Source: Octopus vulgaris (lineage: Eukaryota). Taken from it: a DNA stretch of 64,000 nt. The stretch covers positions 62,248,001 to 62,312,000 of the forward strand of contig OX597828.1 of NCBI GenBank assembly GCA_951406725.2, in the 5' to 3' direction. Shown piece by piece: positions 1-14,175 of this stretch. The position numbers and the translations under genes were made by a program. Position 1 is the first letter of the stretch. Every line of letters starts with the position of its first letter. The notes below the pieces were generated by a model. The model worked only from the letters and a program-made list of their open reading frames with translations. It made no database searches and was not told the DNA's origin.

Positions 1-1212
1 AATGTTGTTGCCGTTAATATTATCATTATTATTATCATTGTTGCTATTGTAGTTTTTTTTTCTTCTATTTAATTTCTCTCTTTTTCTATTTACGTGCAAT
101 ATTTTATGTAGCTTTAAAATTCTACAGTTACTTTCATTGATATGTTATTCAATCAGACTCAACTTCCCTTTCTCTCTCCTACCACCACCACCTCCTCTAC
201 AACTGTCTCACTTCTTTTCACTCCCTTCTCAATCTTTCTCTTTATCTCTCCCTCTCTTTTCACACTAATATCCCTCTCTATCTACGTCTATCAATATCTT
301 TAGATCTTCTTCATTGTCCCACTCTACCCCTTCCTCTCCGTTCCTCTCTTTATATTTCAACATCTCTCGACTCGTTGCATATCTATGTATGTATCAGTTA
401 ATATGTGTGTGTGTGTATGTGCGCGTATGTACGTGTGCGTGCGTGTAAGTATGTGTACATAAGTCTATGTGTAAATGTATGTATATAAATGTATGAGCAT
501 ATATATATGTATATATATAACTGCATGTGCATATATATATATATATATGCATGTGTCTGCGCGCGCGTGTGTGTGTGTGTGTGTGTGTGTGTACCGAAGT
601 ACTTTCACTACCAATAGGTTATATTAAACACATAACTGTATTCGACTTGATAATCTCTTTAATCAACAGTTTTTCATTTTTTTTTCCTAAGTTAGTCCTT
701 TAATATTTCATTTTCTAAAAGACATGATTGTTACCGCGTTTTATGGTAAGCAGCGAGGGATCATGACAATAACGTTGTTACATGATAAAATTATCATCGC
801 TCGATATAAAAATGGTTTTTTTACAGTCAACTCCTGGTTACTTATTTAGCATATTTCACGGATATTGTATCTGGTTCGTAATTTGCTCTTAATAAAGTAA
901 ATCTTCCAGAGTTTGTTGACGGATTATGTATACTATGGTAATGTTATCAGCTAATTCCTCGCCTCCATCTCTCGCTTTGTTTTCTTCTCTCAATTATAAT
1001 GTGCTGTAATGACTCCTTGTTCTCTTCAATATACCATACATAAAAACATATAAAGACAGGCGCTCACACACCAACAACCAACCATACACGTTTGTCATAC
1101 TATCTAGCAGTTTATTCTGTTTATTTATCTTCTTATTTAATTATTTATCTATATACCTAGCTGACTTTCTCCTATGACAATATACCAGCATATTTTTCTC
1201 ACTATACTCTCC

Positions 1213-1265
<53 letters not shown>

Positions 1266-1532
1266 TCTCTATCTCTTAGTTTATGGTTGTACCAGACCCC
1301 ACAAAATCACATGAACTCGACACTGATATGTAACAAAGCACTCGTTGATTACCCGCTGCCCCTTCTGCTGCACGTCTGTACATACTCATAGTGCAGGTTT
1401 AACACACACATATACGTACATATACAGATAAATGCATAGATATATATACAAAGATACACACATGGATATATAAACATGCATACATGCATACATACATACA
1501 TGCAAACATGTATATGTATATATATATATACA

Positions 1533-1623
<91 letters not shown>

Positions 1624-2030
1624 ATGTGTGTGTATGTATGTATGTATGTATGTATGTATGTATGTATGTATGTATGTATGTGTATTAAATATATTGTTTT
1701 CGTCACGTATCCAATCCGTGTTTCTGCTAGATAAGTATCTTAGTGTCCTTTGGTGTTGCAATTACGTGAATTGTTTTGAATTTAAAATCAATTTCAGAAC
1801 ACATTCATCCCAGGTTACACATTCCCCTGTAGCTTTGTTCAAGGGGCTCCCTTCACAGTTGGGTGAAGCAAGGTGAAGGGTATGGTGTTAGAGAGTCCTT
1901 CTTAAAGCATATTCTAGATGAGGGAATCATAAAGTCTTAGTGTACATTGGAATACAATATGGCTATAATTCTGGTATCATTTAATCTTAGAATGACTATT
2001 TTTATGTACGGTATGTATGTATGTGTGTAT

Positions 2031-2500
2031 GTCATTATTCAATTTTATTTCAAGATTTCTTGCCAATAGAGAAAGAACCGGTTCCTAGCCTAAACCCAAG
2101 TTTCCTTCATTGGAATTTCAACATCAACAACAGGGTATGTATGTATGTATGTATGTATGTAAGTATGTATGTATGTATGTATGTATGTATGTATGTATGT
2201 ATGTATGTATGTATGTATGTATGTATGTATGTATGTAGGTATGTACGTATGTATGTCTGCAGGTTTGTATGTTTTGTTTTATGTATGTATTTTCATGCAT
2301 ATAGTTACATATCTAAGCATGCTCATATATATTTAAATGATATACTTCTGGAAAGTTTTACAGATTTTTACAGTTCCAGTGATGGATTGGATCTGTAATT
2401 TCGAATTAGCTTTCTCCTTTCTGGTTTTGAGAAGCCTAATTTCTCAAGATTTAGGCAGTGTGTTCCATATCATAGGGTCTCAATAATTACAGCTAAAGAA
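2031..2500 (-). mobile_element. 3' remnant of a probable RLE-type (R4/Dong-like) non-LTR retrotransposon with 3' UTR, within (ATGT)n
   Basis: Minus strand reads NLEKLGFSKPERRKLIR/LQIQSITGTVKICKTFQKYII* (one frameshift), resembling C-termini of RLE elements. The segment 2031-2135 recurs at 14746-14846. Confidence 0.4.
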
Positions 2501-3502
2501 TATTTTCGATATTTTATCTTAAGAAAATATAGTTTAACTAAACTAGCTAGATGAGCTCTGGTTGTCAGTTCAACTGTTCTAGTTATCTAGGGTCAACAGT
2601 TCAACTGCCACGATCAGTTTTTTAAGCTGATAATAATGGGTCTTGGTGCAACAGCTCCACAAGGTTGTAACTGAAAACAACCTGAAAGATATGTTGTATA
2701 TGACGTATAAATCTTTTTCTTCCATGGCTTTCTCATGCAACTTGAAGTAGTAAATAGAACAAGCATTATCAGAGTCGCATTATTTTGATCAATACTTCTT
2801 TTATTTTATAGGGATAAATAATTACAATTGCAAAATATATATCAGGAGTAATCACCTTATGTTCACTCTTAAAGACTGAGCCAATGCAATATGATGGAAA
2901 ACATTTTCAAGTTTATTGTGTGTGTTTTTTTTTTTGGCGGTGGGGTGGGGTGAGTTCTAAAGATAACATGTCGTGAAGAGATGACATGAATAAAATTCCT
3001 TAACTAATTCATCAACGTATTCTAAGGAAACAGTTTAGATAAATGACTTCAGACCATAATAGAGAATAATGCCGCGTCTATTAGGTTAGAGTGAGAGACA
3101 TTTCAACACTATGAGACACGCAAGGTTATGAGGGACACAGTTTCGTGAGGACAGCGTAAATGTCATTTAAAAACATGGGGAAAACTGTGGTTTTTATAAA
3201 CTTCATCGGAAATTTCTAGAAGCATCCAGAAACAATCTTTTGGAATAAATTTCGGTCAAAAACCAAGACGGCTTCGGCTAGTATAATTTTCAACCAATGA
3301 AATGAGTCCTTTCAAATAAAGTTTGCTTTACTCGCAAATTACCGCCAAAAGAACTTTCTTACGAACGAACTTTAGTTTATTTTCATTCAATTAATACTTT
3401 GCTAAAACTCTTTTTACTACACAGGTATAAATCAGAACTTGTAATCAGAAGAGATTAATTGCAGATTTCTCAATAGTTCAGCGTAGATATTCTCTATTTC
3501 AC

Positions 3503-3533
<31 letters not shown>

Positions 3534-3576
3534 TGTATGTATGTATGTATGTATGTATGTATGTATGTATGTATGT

Positions 3577-3803
3577 ACGTCTTCTCTTTCTCTGTTCATC
3601 TTAGATTAAACTTTGACCGGCCACCGACTTGGTAGCAAGGTTGTGAAGGAAAGCACCATGATTTAGCCGTCATCCTTTAAATCTTAAGAAGGTACTTCAG
3701 ATTTTTATACTCCTAGATATCATGTGTCATTTGTAGTTTCTGTATTAAGGATTTGCATTCTTTCTCTAAGATTCCAAGTTTAGCCATACCTTGCTCCAGA
3801 TGG
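3577..3803 (-). mobile_element. Second diverged RLE-type 3' remnant flanked by (ATGT)n
   Basis: HLEQGMAKLGILEKECKSLIQKLQ...SIKI*STFLRFKG* aligns by eye with the 2.4 kb peptide; (ATGT)n lies on both sides. Confidence 0.35.
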
Positions 3804-4571
3804 GTATGTATGTATGTATGTATGTATGTATGTATGTATGTATGTATGTATGTATGTATGTATGTGTACATGTATGTATATGTGCATGTATGTATGTATG
3901 TGCGTATGTATGTGTGTATATGTATGTATGTTTGTGGGGGTATAGCTCTTTTTTTTAATAAAAATCTGAAGTTGAGAATTTGTCTCTGCGACACGTGTTT
4001 CACGCGATCGCGACCTTCGTGAAAATGGAGTTGCATGGCAACTTCCCAGCTTCCCTATCAACAAAACAAAGCATTATCCCCCATCGGCACCCGCTTCAAC
4101 ATGTATTGAGCATTTCCTTCTCATTCTTCCGACAATAAGCAACGTGCATATATGAAGGGCGGTGCCGAAAAGTTACTGGTTTAAAAGTATCGCAAAACGT
4201 GTGGCTGGAGGCCCAATCTTCCCAGTTCTTTTACAGGCCTACTCCTTTTCATGGGAGTGTTTGAGTTCATTTTCCATCTCAAGCAATGTTTGTTTGAGAT
4301 AGGATCGTTTCCTATCCGTTTGTTACCCATTTAGATGGTTTGGGGATTTTGCTCATCGTCTCATTAGAATCCTCCCTGGGAATTATAGTTTCCGTTGGTT
4401 CCACCTTCTCTCTGGAGCAATTTTACTGCATCTGTCGCGTAGCTTTATGTTTAATATCTTGCGTAGGGAGACTGGTTGGTCAGTTTTGTTCCAGGAATTA
4501 TACCCTTCGAATATATATATATTTATATTTATATATATATATACACATATATACATACATACATATATATA

Positions 4572-4703
<132 letters not shown>

Positions 4704-5478
4704 GGGTACCAAATATACCAGCTTTGCTAGAAAGTTGTGTCAAAACCACAAATTTCTGACTAATATATATATATATATATATATTTACACACACACACAC
4801 AAGACTACCTGTGCATAGACATGCGCACAGACAAACATACACACACAATTATATCTATGTACATAGGTACGATGATTTTTGATGATTTTCCAGTTTCAGC
4901 TAATGAGCTGTGGCCATGCTGGGGCACCGCCATTTATAGGTATATAAATAAATGTATGAATGTTTGTATATGCCATAGATTGGTGCGTGCGCGTTGTAGC
5001 ATGTGAACGAGTTTTTGTCTCTCTGATGAGAATTACAGCAAAAAAAGAATCATTAATTAAATTTAATGAGTTTAACATATGTAATTACTTTGAAACATGG
5101 CTGACCTAACAGTATGGAAGATGTTACTTGTAGTTATTAATTAACAGGTAAAACAGAAGTACAACTAGGTTATTATATTGCAGCTGGTTATATATATGTG
5201 CGCATGTGTGCGTATGTGTATAAGTGTACATGTGTGTATGTATATATATATAATAACAATTATATATATAATAAATTAAAAATATGCATATATACATACA
5301 TATATGTACGTACCTACATCTATATGTATATATACATGCATATATGGGTATAGGACAACAAAAAAACGTCGAACGCAATGAGAAACGAAAACATCAACAC
5401 AAAACCAAGGAAATGGACATTTTTATTAAACAACGAAAAAATAGAGTACAAGACATACAACACAAGGAAAATTCCCTC

Positions 5479-5573
<95 letters not shown>

Positions 5574-6265
5574 CATATTCATATATACATACATATATAT
5601 ATATGTGTGTGTGTGTGTGTAATAATGGCACAAGGAGCCAATTTTTGCTGGAAATAGCAAAGATGCATGCGGGCGACGAATACAAAAAAAATTCGCCTTA
5701 CCCCCATGAAGAACGCCAGAGAATCGGATAACTCAGCACTCGAACCTCGGGCCCTTCAGAATACGACCATCATCGTAAAACTGATTGGTTCCCGTCAGCT
5801 AGGTCCACCGAAGAGACTAAAATTAAAATATCCGCCACATTAATGCCTCTATACGCGGCCAACAGCCCCAGCCATAAACAAAACCGAAATCAGTGATAAG
5901 TTTTTTATAAAAAAATATAAATATTATTATAATGAAATAATATTATTTTCCAGCGAAATAAAGCACCGTAAAGGTAGAATAATAAGTAGGAAATAGTGGC
6001 ACTACTAAGTTTTTTTGCTGGAAATAGCAGTCGATAATCGTCCAACGATAGGCAAAGCCTCACTGAATGCATAGAGGCAAAGATGCGTGCAGGCAGCGAA
6101 TGCAAAAACTTTTCGCCTTACCCCCAGGAAGAACGCCAGAGAAACAGACAACCCAGCACTCGAGCCTCGGACCCTGGAAAATAATATTATTGTGTCGTAA
6201 TAATGTTTTTATGGGCATACATAATATATGTGCACACATACACACACACACACACACACATATCT

Positions 6266-6430
6266 AGGCACAGGCGTGACTGTGTGGTAAAAACCTTGCT
6301 TCCCAAACACATGGTTCCGGGTTCAGTTCCACTGCGTGGCAACCCAGGCAACTATCTTCTACTATAGTCTCGCGCCGACCAAAGATTTGTGAGTAGATTT
6401 GGTTGACGGAAACGGAAAGAAGCCTGTCGT
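6266..6430 (+). mobile_element. tRNA-derived SINE (family A), 5' half
   Basis: Degenerate A box TGACTGTGTGG and B box GGTTCAGTTCC; matches copies at 27.2, 35.6, 38.7 and 59.1 kb. Confidence 0.8.
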
Positions 6431-7158
6431 GTGTGTGTGTGTGTGTGTGCGTGTAGACACATTCACAAAACACACACAAATATAGGAGTTGGGTCGATTC
6501 AGTTTCAACTCTGCTTATTATATCCGGATCTCTATATTCAGAGGTCTCTTAGACATCTTGTATATCTTTATATGTATCAAATAATGTTTATATTACATAT
6601 CTCCTTCCGCAGGAGAAGGCCATCACCCACCACCACCTCCACCAGCACAACGGTTCCCGGAGGGCTTTTGAGGAGGGTGGGCCAGGGTGGATTGATAATT
6701 GCACTTCACGTCACTTACACCTGTCAACTTGATCACCTTGTTGCAACAGCCTCCTTATTAACGTTAGGTCAGGCGGCGGCGGTGGCGGTGGTGGTGGCGG
6801 TGGTGGTAAGTAGTAGTCGTGGTGGTGTTGCTATTGTTGACATAATGCTGCTGGTGGTGATGCTGGACGACAATCCCACCACCACCACCACCACCACCAC
6901 CACTACCTTCACCACCCACTGCTCCACCCGAATATAATCATCATAATCCAACATTTATTTTCATTTTTCTGTTTCTCACAAAATTAGACGACGAATGGTG
7001 CATCCATTTTTATTTTCAACTGAAGAGAACACCTCCACCACCACCAACAACAACAACAACCACCCAACCTCGGTTAAAATATGGGCTACGCCTACACTCA
7101 CACACACACACACACATGTATGTACACATATGTGTAATGCACACACATATATATACGG

Positions 7159-7221
<63 letters not shown>

Positions 7222-7532
7222 CATATATATGTGTATATGTCCCTCCGTGGATGTATATGTGTATGTGTGTGAATGTGTATATATATATATAGTTTATGTA
7301 AATCTACCACACTATATACACCACACTGACTTAGTGACTTGTATTTCATTGATCTTTCACATAAGATTATTGGTGACATCTGGTTGAGGAATAACCGAGG
7401 AGGGGCTGCTGGTGCTATTGCTGCTGCTGTTGCTGATGATGATGATGATGATGGCGACGGAGACGGTGGTGCCAATGACAGACGTAATGACAATGTGGTG
7501 GTGGAGGTGGTGGCGGTGATGTTATTAATCGC

Positions 7533-7560
<28 letters not shown>

Positions 7561-7563
<3 letters not shown>

Positions 7564-8200
7564 TCTTTTTATTGGCCACGAGGCTGACACATATGATCAG
7601 GAAACATAAAGGGACAAAACAGGACGAAAGGTTACAAAGGGTTTTGTCCGTTTTTGAAAAAATTCGAGTAAAAACTGTTTAACAACGAAAGATTATAACA
7701 GTGAAAAACTCCCAATAGGGGGAGGCGCTTCGAAAGGTTCCTGGTGGAAAAAAACCCATAAAAGCCAACGGGAGCCTGGTCAAAAGGGGGTAGAGAGCCC
7801 CATTCTCCTTTTAAAACCTTTTTCAATCACAGGCGAAACCTGAGAATTGGTCCATTTATACTGGCCATTCTCGCACAATTCTCGCACAAGAAAACTTGCT
7901 ATCGGACAGCACTCTCCTCTCTAACCTCATCTTCCTTTTCAAGTGAAACTTGAAAAAGTTCATGAGGCCTTGACCAAAGAGGAAAGTGTCTGACTTTAGC
8001 CCTTTCAAACGGGTCCACCATACAACCTCTTTCGCCACAGCCACTAGGCACAAGAAAACGGCCTCGCCCTCCTTGTTAAAGGAGGTCGGCGGGGAAATCT
8101 TCACTATGGATTCGGCTGATAGCCGGATCCGTCCTACACGTGACAGTAGCTGTTCGACATAAACCCATAGTTCAGCAATACTCGGGGACTGGACGAGTGC
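7561..8200 (-). mobile_element. 5'-truncated Tx1/L1-clade LINE (ORF2 C-terminus plus 3' UTR) within (TAA)n
   Basis: ALVQSPSIAELWVYVEQLLSRVGRIRLSAESIVKISPP...VVWWTRLKGL is homologous to the end of the 39.5-42.4 kb ORF; the 3' end carries GTGGCCAATAAAAAGAA then (TTA)n. Confidence 0.85.
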
Positions 8201-8220
8201 AATAATAATAATAATAATGG

Positions 8221-8304
<84 letters not shown>

Positions 8305-8804
8305 AGAGTCCACCAACACCCCCACCCGCACACTAGTATCCCATCATCACTACCACTTAAAGTGGAGTCAACGAAGGAACCACTGCGTAGTCGCTCGATT
8401 TGCTGCAAATACTAGCTTAAATCTTGCTCAAATCATTTCCTATTGACTTCAACAACACAATACACATTGGATATGATAATATAGTTCTTTCATAAGTTAG
8501 ACAGACGGGCTGATCACGGTTGGAAAGACATTCACCACAAGTCTACTGGACCAGATTTGACCGGAACCTAAACAACTATATCAACAGCAACGAAACTATT
8601 TTTAAGCATTTCTCTCTGACGAAGGATTTCCATCCGAAACATTAAAAACTCAACCTTTTCAACATTTCAGCTTTAAGCAACAAATGTAAAATTCTTTATA
8701 AACGCTATATGGCCGATTCACTTTATTCAATCTGCCTATTCGGAATTTCAAGCAGTTTGCTTACTATTTCTAGCAGGAAGAACACATTGGGTTAACTGTT
8801 GTTT

Positions 8805-8841
<37 letters not shown>

Positions 8842-9686
8842 GCCCCAGGAGCAGACCTTTTTCATTCATTATGGACTCCGAAACTAGCTTGTTGTTCTTG
8901 CGGTGATGATGAAGGTGGTGGCGGCGGCGGTGGTGGTGGTAGTTTTTGTTATTGTTGTTGCTCAACCTTAAGCCAACCAGATGGAACAGGCTTATGATCA
9001 GAGAAAAACCAAGCCAACGGCGACCTTCACGACATTTTCAAAGTACCCAGGACAACATTACGTAATGTGTCCTTCCATCTGAAAAAAGTGGTAATTTAAT
9101 GGAAATGTCGTTGTTATTTCTAGCATCCCGCATGCTCCATAAAGAAATTCTCTGAGTAGGCTCGTCATTCCAGGAGTAAATGGAGTTGAAAGGGGGTAGA
9201 TTAATCTTCTACATCAACAGGTCTGCACGTCTAGGAGCCCCCACCCCTCTACCACCCGATCACCAATCCGTCCCCTACCCTGTTACCACCACCCTACCAC
9301 CATCACCACCACCACTACCCTTGGCGGGTCTAAGATAACAAAGTGTCTGTGCCAGTTGACCTATAAAACTGAAATTAGGGTCTGTAAATAAAGACGACTT
9401 TGACGGATTTTAATCAAGACCTCTCAGTTTTCAACAAATGAAAAGCATATGATGAAATAAATAGGCATTTGCCACAGATATATATACATATATATTAATA
9501 TGTATATGTACATGTGTGTGTATGTATGCATGTATGTTTGAATGTGTATGTATATATATGAATGTGTGCATGCATATAGATGCAAGTATGCACAAACACA
9601 CACACATACACTCACACACACGGAGGCACATACGCACATATATATATAAATTTATGTGCCTATATAAACACGTAAATACACCACGC

Positions 9687-9738
<52 letters not shown>

Positions 9739-9770
9739 GTATATATATATATAGAGAGAGAGAGAGAATA

Positions 9771-9872
<102 letters not shown>

Positions 9873-10409
9873 TATATATGCATAAATATTTATAAGCACC
9901 ATATTTCTATATCATAAACACACACATACACACAACACATATTTATGCACGAACATATATATATATATATACTTATATATACATGTGTGTGTGTGTGTGT
10001 GCATGCGACTGTTCGGTGTTACCCTATTTAATGACGTCCTCCCCCCTTCACCCTCCTTGGCAGCTGTTTCTATCTTTAGAATGGTTGATAAAACAACAAC
10101 GCCTACATGTATCAGGACCACCACCACCACTACAACTACCACCGATACCACTGCCACCATCTCTGACACAACCACCACCAACACCACCAACCATACACGC
10201 GAAGACCACTACCACTATCATCATCATCATCATCATCCCAACCTCAGTTACGACTGAGGAGAGGGAAAAGGTGGGGTGGAGGTAAACGGTGAATCAGCCA
10301 GTCTGACACACCACCCACCACCCACAAAGACGTTCCCATCCCCACCCCCACATATACCTACTCACGCACCCCCACACCCGCTAAGAGTAAATAAAAAATA
10401 AATTGTGTT

Positions 10410-10850
10410 CCTGATGACGGCGACGCTGATGGCGATGATGGTGATGATGAGGATGATGGTGATGGTGATGAGGATGATGGTGATAATGATGATGATGATG
10501 ATGATGGTGATGATGAGGATGATGGTGATGGTGATGAGGATGATGGTGATGATGATGATGGTAATAGGGGGATGATGATGATGATGATGATGGGGATGTT
10601 GCTACTGCTGTTGATGATGATGATGATGATGATGGTCATGGTCATGAGGATGATGGTGATGATGATGATGATGATGATGGTAATGGGGGATGATGATGAT
10701 GATGATGATGAAGGTGATGGTGATGATGATGATGATGAAGATGTGGAGAAGTATCTTGATGATGAATCCCAAGTCATCATCACAATGATCATCATCATCC
10801 TAATGCGTCAGCATCATCAGCATCATCCTCATCATTATCATCTTGATGAG
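10410..10850. repeat. Compound (GAT)n/(CAT)n microsatellite
   Basis: Direct reading of the sequence. Confidence 0.9.
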
Positions 10851-11115
10851 GCATTTGCACGACCACTGCACCTCCACCCCAACATGAAGAACAACACAAA
10901 CCCACTCACATACCCCTTCACCAACACTTACATAACTCAGTCTATACAATATGTGTGTGTGTATGTGTGTGTATGTATGCATATATATATATATGCAAAT
11001 ATGCACATATATATGTGCCTATTTATCTGTATGTATATCCATGCATGTATGTGTATAGACATATATATGTGTGTGTGTAAACATGTATGTATATATACAT
11101 ATAAAATAAAATATA

Positions 11116-11361
11116 TGCGCCCTTTTAAAACCTAGCCAGGTTCATGGGCCCGGTTTCCCGGTTTCTATGGCGCATGTGTTCCCCAGCTGGACGGGACGCC
11201 AGTCCATCGCAGCGTTTCTCACTTTTGCCTGCTGAGTGGACTGGAGCAACGTGAAATGAAGGGTTTTGCTCAAGAACACAACTCGACGCCCGGTCCAGGA
11301 ATCGAAACCACTATCTTACGATCATGATACTGACACCCTAACCACTACGCCACGCGCCTCC
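11116..11361 (-). mobile_element. tRNA-derived SINE (family C)
   Basis: Head GGAGGCGCGTGGCGTAGTGGTTAG, B box GGTTTCGATTCC, body CTGCGATGGACTGGCGTCCCGTCCAG typical of conserved SINE central domains. Confidence 0.8.
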
Positions 11362-11432
11362 ATATATATATGTATATACATACATGTGTATATATATACA
11401 TATATATATATATATATTTATATATATAAATA

Positions 11433-11976
11433 TATTGCTTCCGCTTCAAAGCTGCGGTCATGCTGGGGCACCACCGTTGACTGTGCTACGCCATTATTTG
11501 AAACCTCCCCTGATATGTGACATATGGTGAATGAGGGGGTTTGATGCCGCTACCCCACATGTGTGTTTCCTGTCATGAGGTTGGCTTATTTGGAGCCCTT
11601 GACAGGAGGAGATCCAGTTTTGTTTTGAAGACACCAACATCCACACCATGCAGGTCTCTCAGGCATTTTGGAAGGATATTGAAGAGCTGTGGACCCTTGA
11701 AACCGAAGCTGTTGCAGTATCTGGACCTGTACCTTAATGGTGATGCTGAGATCTTTGGCACTATGCAGTGGCGCCCCTTTCTGCTGTTTGTGTAACATTC
11801 AATGCTAAAGTTTGGTACAAGGCCTTCCAGGATTTTCCAGATGGATATCACTGCATAGCTTTCCCGCCTTCGTCCTAGAGAGAAGAGTTTTAACTCTTCC
11901 AGTCTTTCTCAGCAGCTGATACGTTGCATTGAGACGATCTTCTTTGTGTAGCTTCGTTGCATTGCTTCGAGTTCCA

Positions 11977-11978
<2 letters not shown>
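11433..11978 (-). mobile_element. CR1-group LINE 3' fragment
   Basis: [12 protein letters not shown]...RLEELKLFSLGRRRESY..I.IWKILEGLVPN...GPQLFNILP; (TA)n on both sides. Confidence 0.8.
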
Positions 11979-12071
<93 letters not shown>

Positions 12072-12355
12072 AAATGGGACAAAAACGCAAGACATTCAAA
12101 TAGACGATACAAAAAACACGGACGGGTCATTCGAAGCCTCTAATCTTCAGTCAAGAACCGGCTCATCCTCGCAATTTCGACTGATTAATCTTGAGATTGC
12201 TCCGATCTGGCCAGCTCCAAGGAAAAACTAAGCTACGAGCATTAGATTTCTTGGAAAAAGGATCGAATGAATACGAAACAAGGACAGAAAAACGGACGTT
12301 GTTACACGAATACAAATACAAAAACCCAAAATAATACGAATATAAATACAAAAAC

Positions 12356-12386
<31 letters not shown>

Positions 12387-12550
12387 GGACATAACAACAG
12401 GCGTCTTTCGACGCCTATATATATATATATATAGGTATGTATACTATGTATATATGTATATATATATATATGTGTATGTATATATGTATATATATATATA
12501 TACGTATATATATAGGTATGTATATATATGTATATATATATATATATGTA

Positions 12551-12634
<84 letters not shown>

Positions 12635-12731
12635 AAAAATAAGGGTGAAAAATTGGATATTAATTTAATAATACCATCAATTTACCACCAAGTGACTTAG
12701 CGCATAAAAACCAGGGATACAATAAAAAATT

Positions 12732-13042
12732 TATACACAAATATAAGAGAGTGACCACTATATGGTCGACTCTTGCGCTAAAAATAGATCCGCTATGGTA
12801 TTAGCCACTAAAAAATTGTTTCCAAGGAGAATCAGTACAACATTTAACGTAAACGAGCAGGGCAAGTGAAAAATAACGAAAATATAGATTAACTCTGGAC
12901 AATTGTTTCGCTATTAATGTATTACGCAATTTTACTTACACAACATCCATAGGTCATCAGCATTTTTAGTGGCTAATACCATAGCGGATCTATTTTTAGC
13001 GCAAGAGTCGACCATATAGTGGTCACTCTCTTATATTTGTGT
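12732..13042. mobile_element. Fold-back element with ~80 bp near-perfect inverted arms and a hammerhead-containing spacer (Penelope pLTR-like)
   Basis: 12732-12813 is the reverse complement of about 12963-13042; (TA)n and (CA)n lie nearby. Confidence 0.7.
12896..12962 (-). ncRNA. Minimal type I hammerhead ribozyme motif (degenerate)
   Basis: TG-CTGATGA-CCTAT...ATAGC-GAAA-CAATTG-TC-CA; helix III is the palindrome ACAATTGT; helix I is cut short by the inversion. Confidence 0.55.
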
Positions 13043-13050
13043 GTGTATAT

Positions 13051-13081
<31 letters not shown>

Positions 13082-13091
13082 CACACACACA

Positions 13092-13151
<60 letters not shown>

Positions 13152-14140
13152 CCATCGCCTCTATTCCAAACTTTAAACCAACATTGTGATGAATTTTACA
13201 TAAAATGTGTTATGATATATTAGGCCTGTATGAGTATGTCTGCGTGTGTATGTGTGTGTGTGTGTGTGTGTGTTTCTGTGTGTGTGTGTGTGTGTGTGTG
13301 TGCTTGCAATCATCATCATCAACATCATCATCATCACCACCATCATCAACAACAACAACATCATCATCATCATCTTCGAAGTGATGGCATTGACGCAGAC
13401 AAATCAACTGCACTGTCATAACGCAGTACCAGTAATAAACGGAGTGTTTAAAAGAGTATCACGTGTGTCATTATGCACATACCTATAAACACTCGCACAC
13501 ACGCACCAATTTCATTCGCAAACATATACATTCGCACACATGTGCACACGCATACACTCAAGCATGCATACATGCACACATACACACACACATGCACATA
13601 CACATATGCAACCGCACGCATATATAGACGCACGCACATAGATATTCAAAGACGCTCCCCACTTATGTTCGGGGAGAAGTCCTTGCTTTTATTCATGCAC
13701 TTTCGTCAAAACAATTCCTCGATCAGAACGCGAAACCTCGTGGAAAAGACTTTACTGAGAATGTTCTGGAACTAGTTGAGACCAAATATCCTGGGTTACG
13801 GTAGTTATGAGTAACCTCCCCATAGCAAATTCACCATAAATATTAACCTCTCTCAATGATATAATATATTATAAAGGGAGAACTAATTTTAATGGCCCCT
13901 TTAATGGAATATTTTTGGCAGTTGTTCTGAGGTAGGATGACGCACCCAACGATTAAAGTATCTTCATATGACAAGGTACGAGCGTTTCAGTCACAGCCGT
14001 TGTGGCGTCGCCTATTGCGCGTTGCTGATACGACGCTGACGCTTTAATATTTCTCTCACTTCAACGTTTCTTTCGCTTTCTTTCTCTCTCTCTCTTTTCG
14101 CCCCCGCCCCTCTCCCTCTCTCTCTTTTCGCCCCCGCCTC

Positions 14141-14175
<35 letters not shown>

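Noticed and set aside
4150-4200. Mariner TIR-like stretch TATGAAGGGCGGTGCCGAAAAGTTACTGG
   Set aside because: No partner TIR or transposase remnant could be identified.
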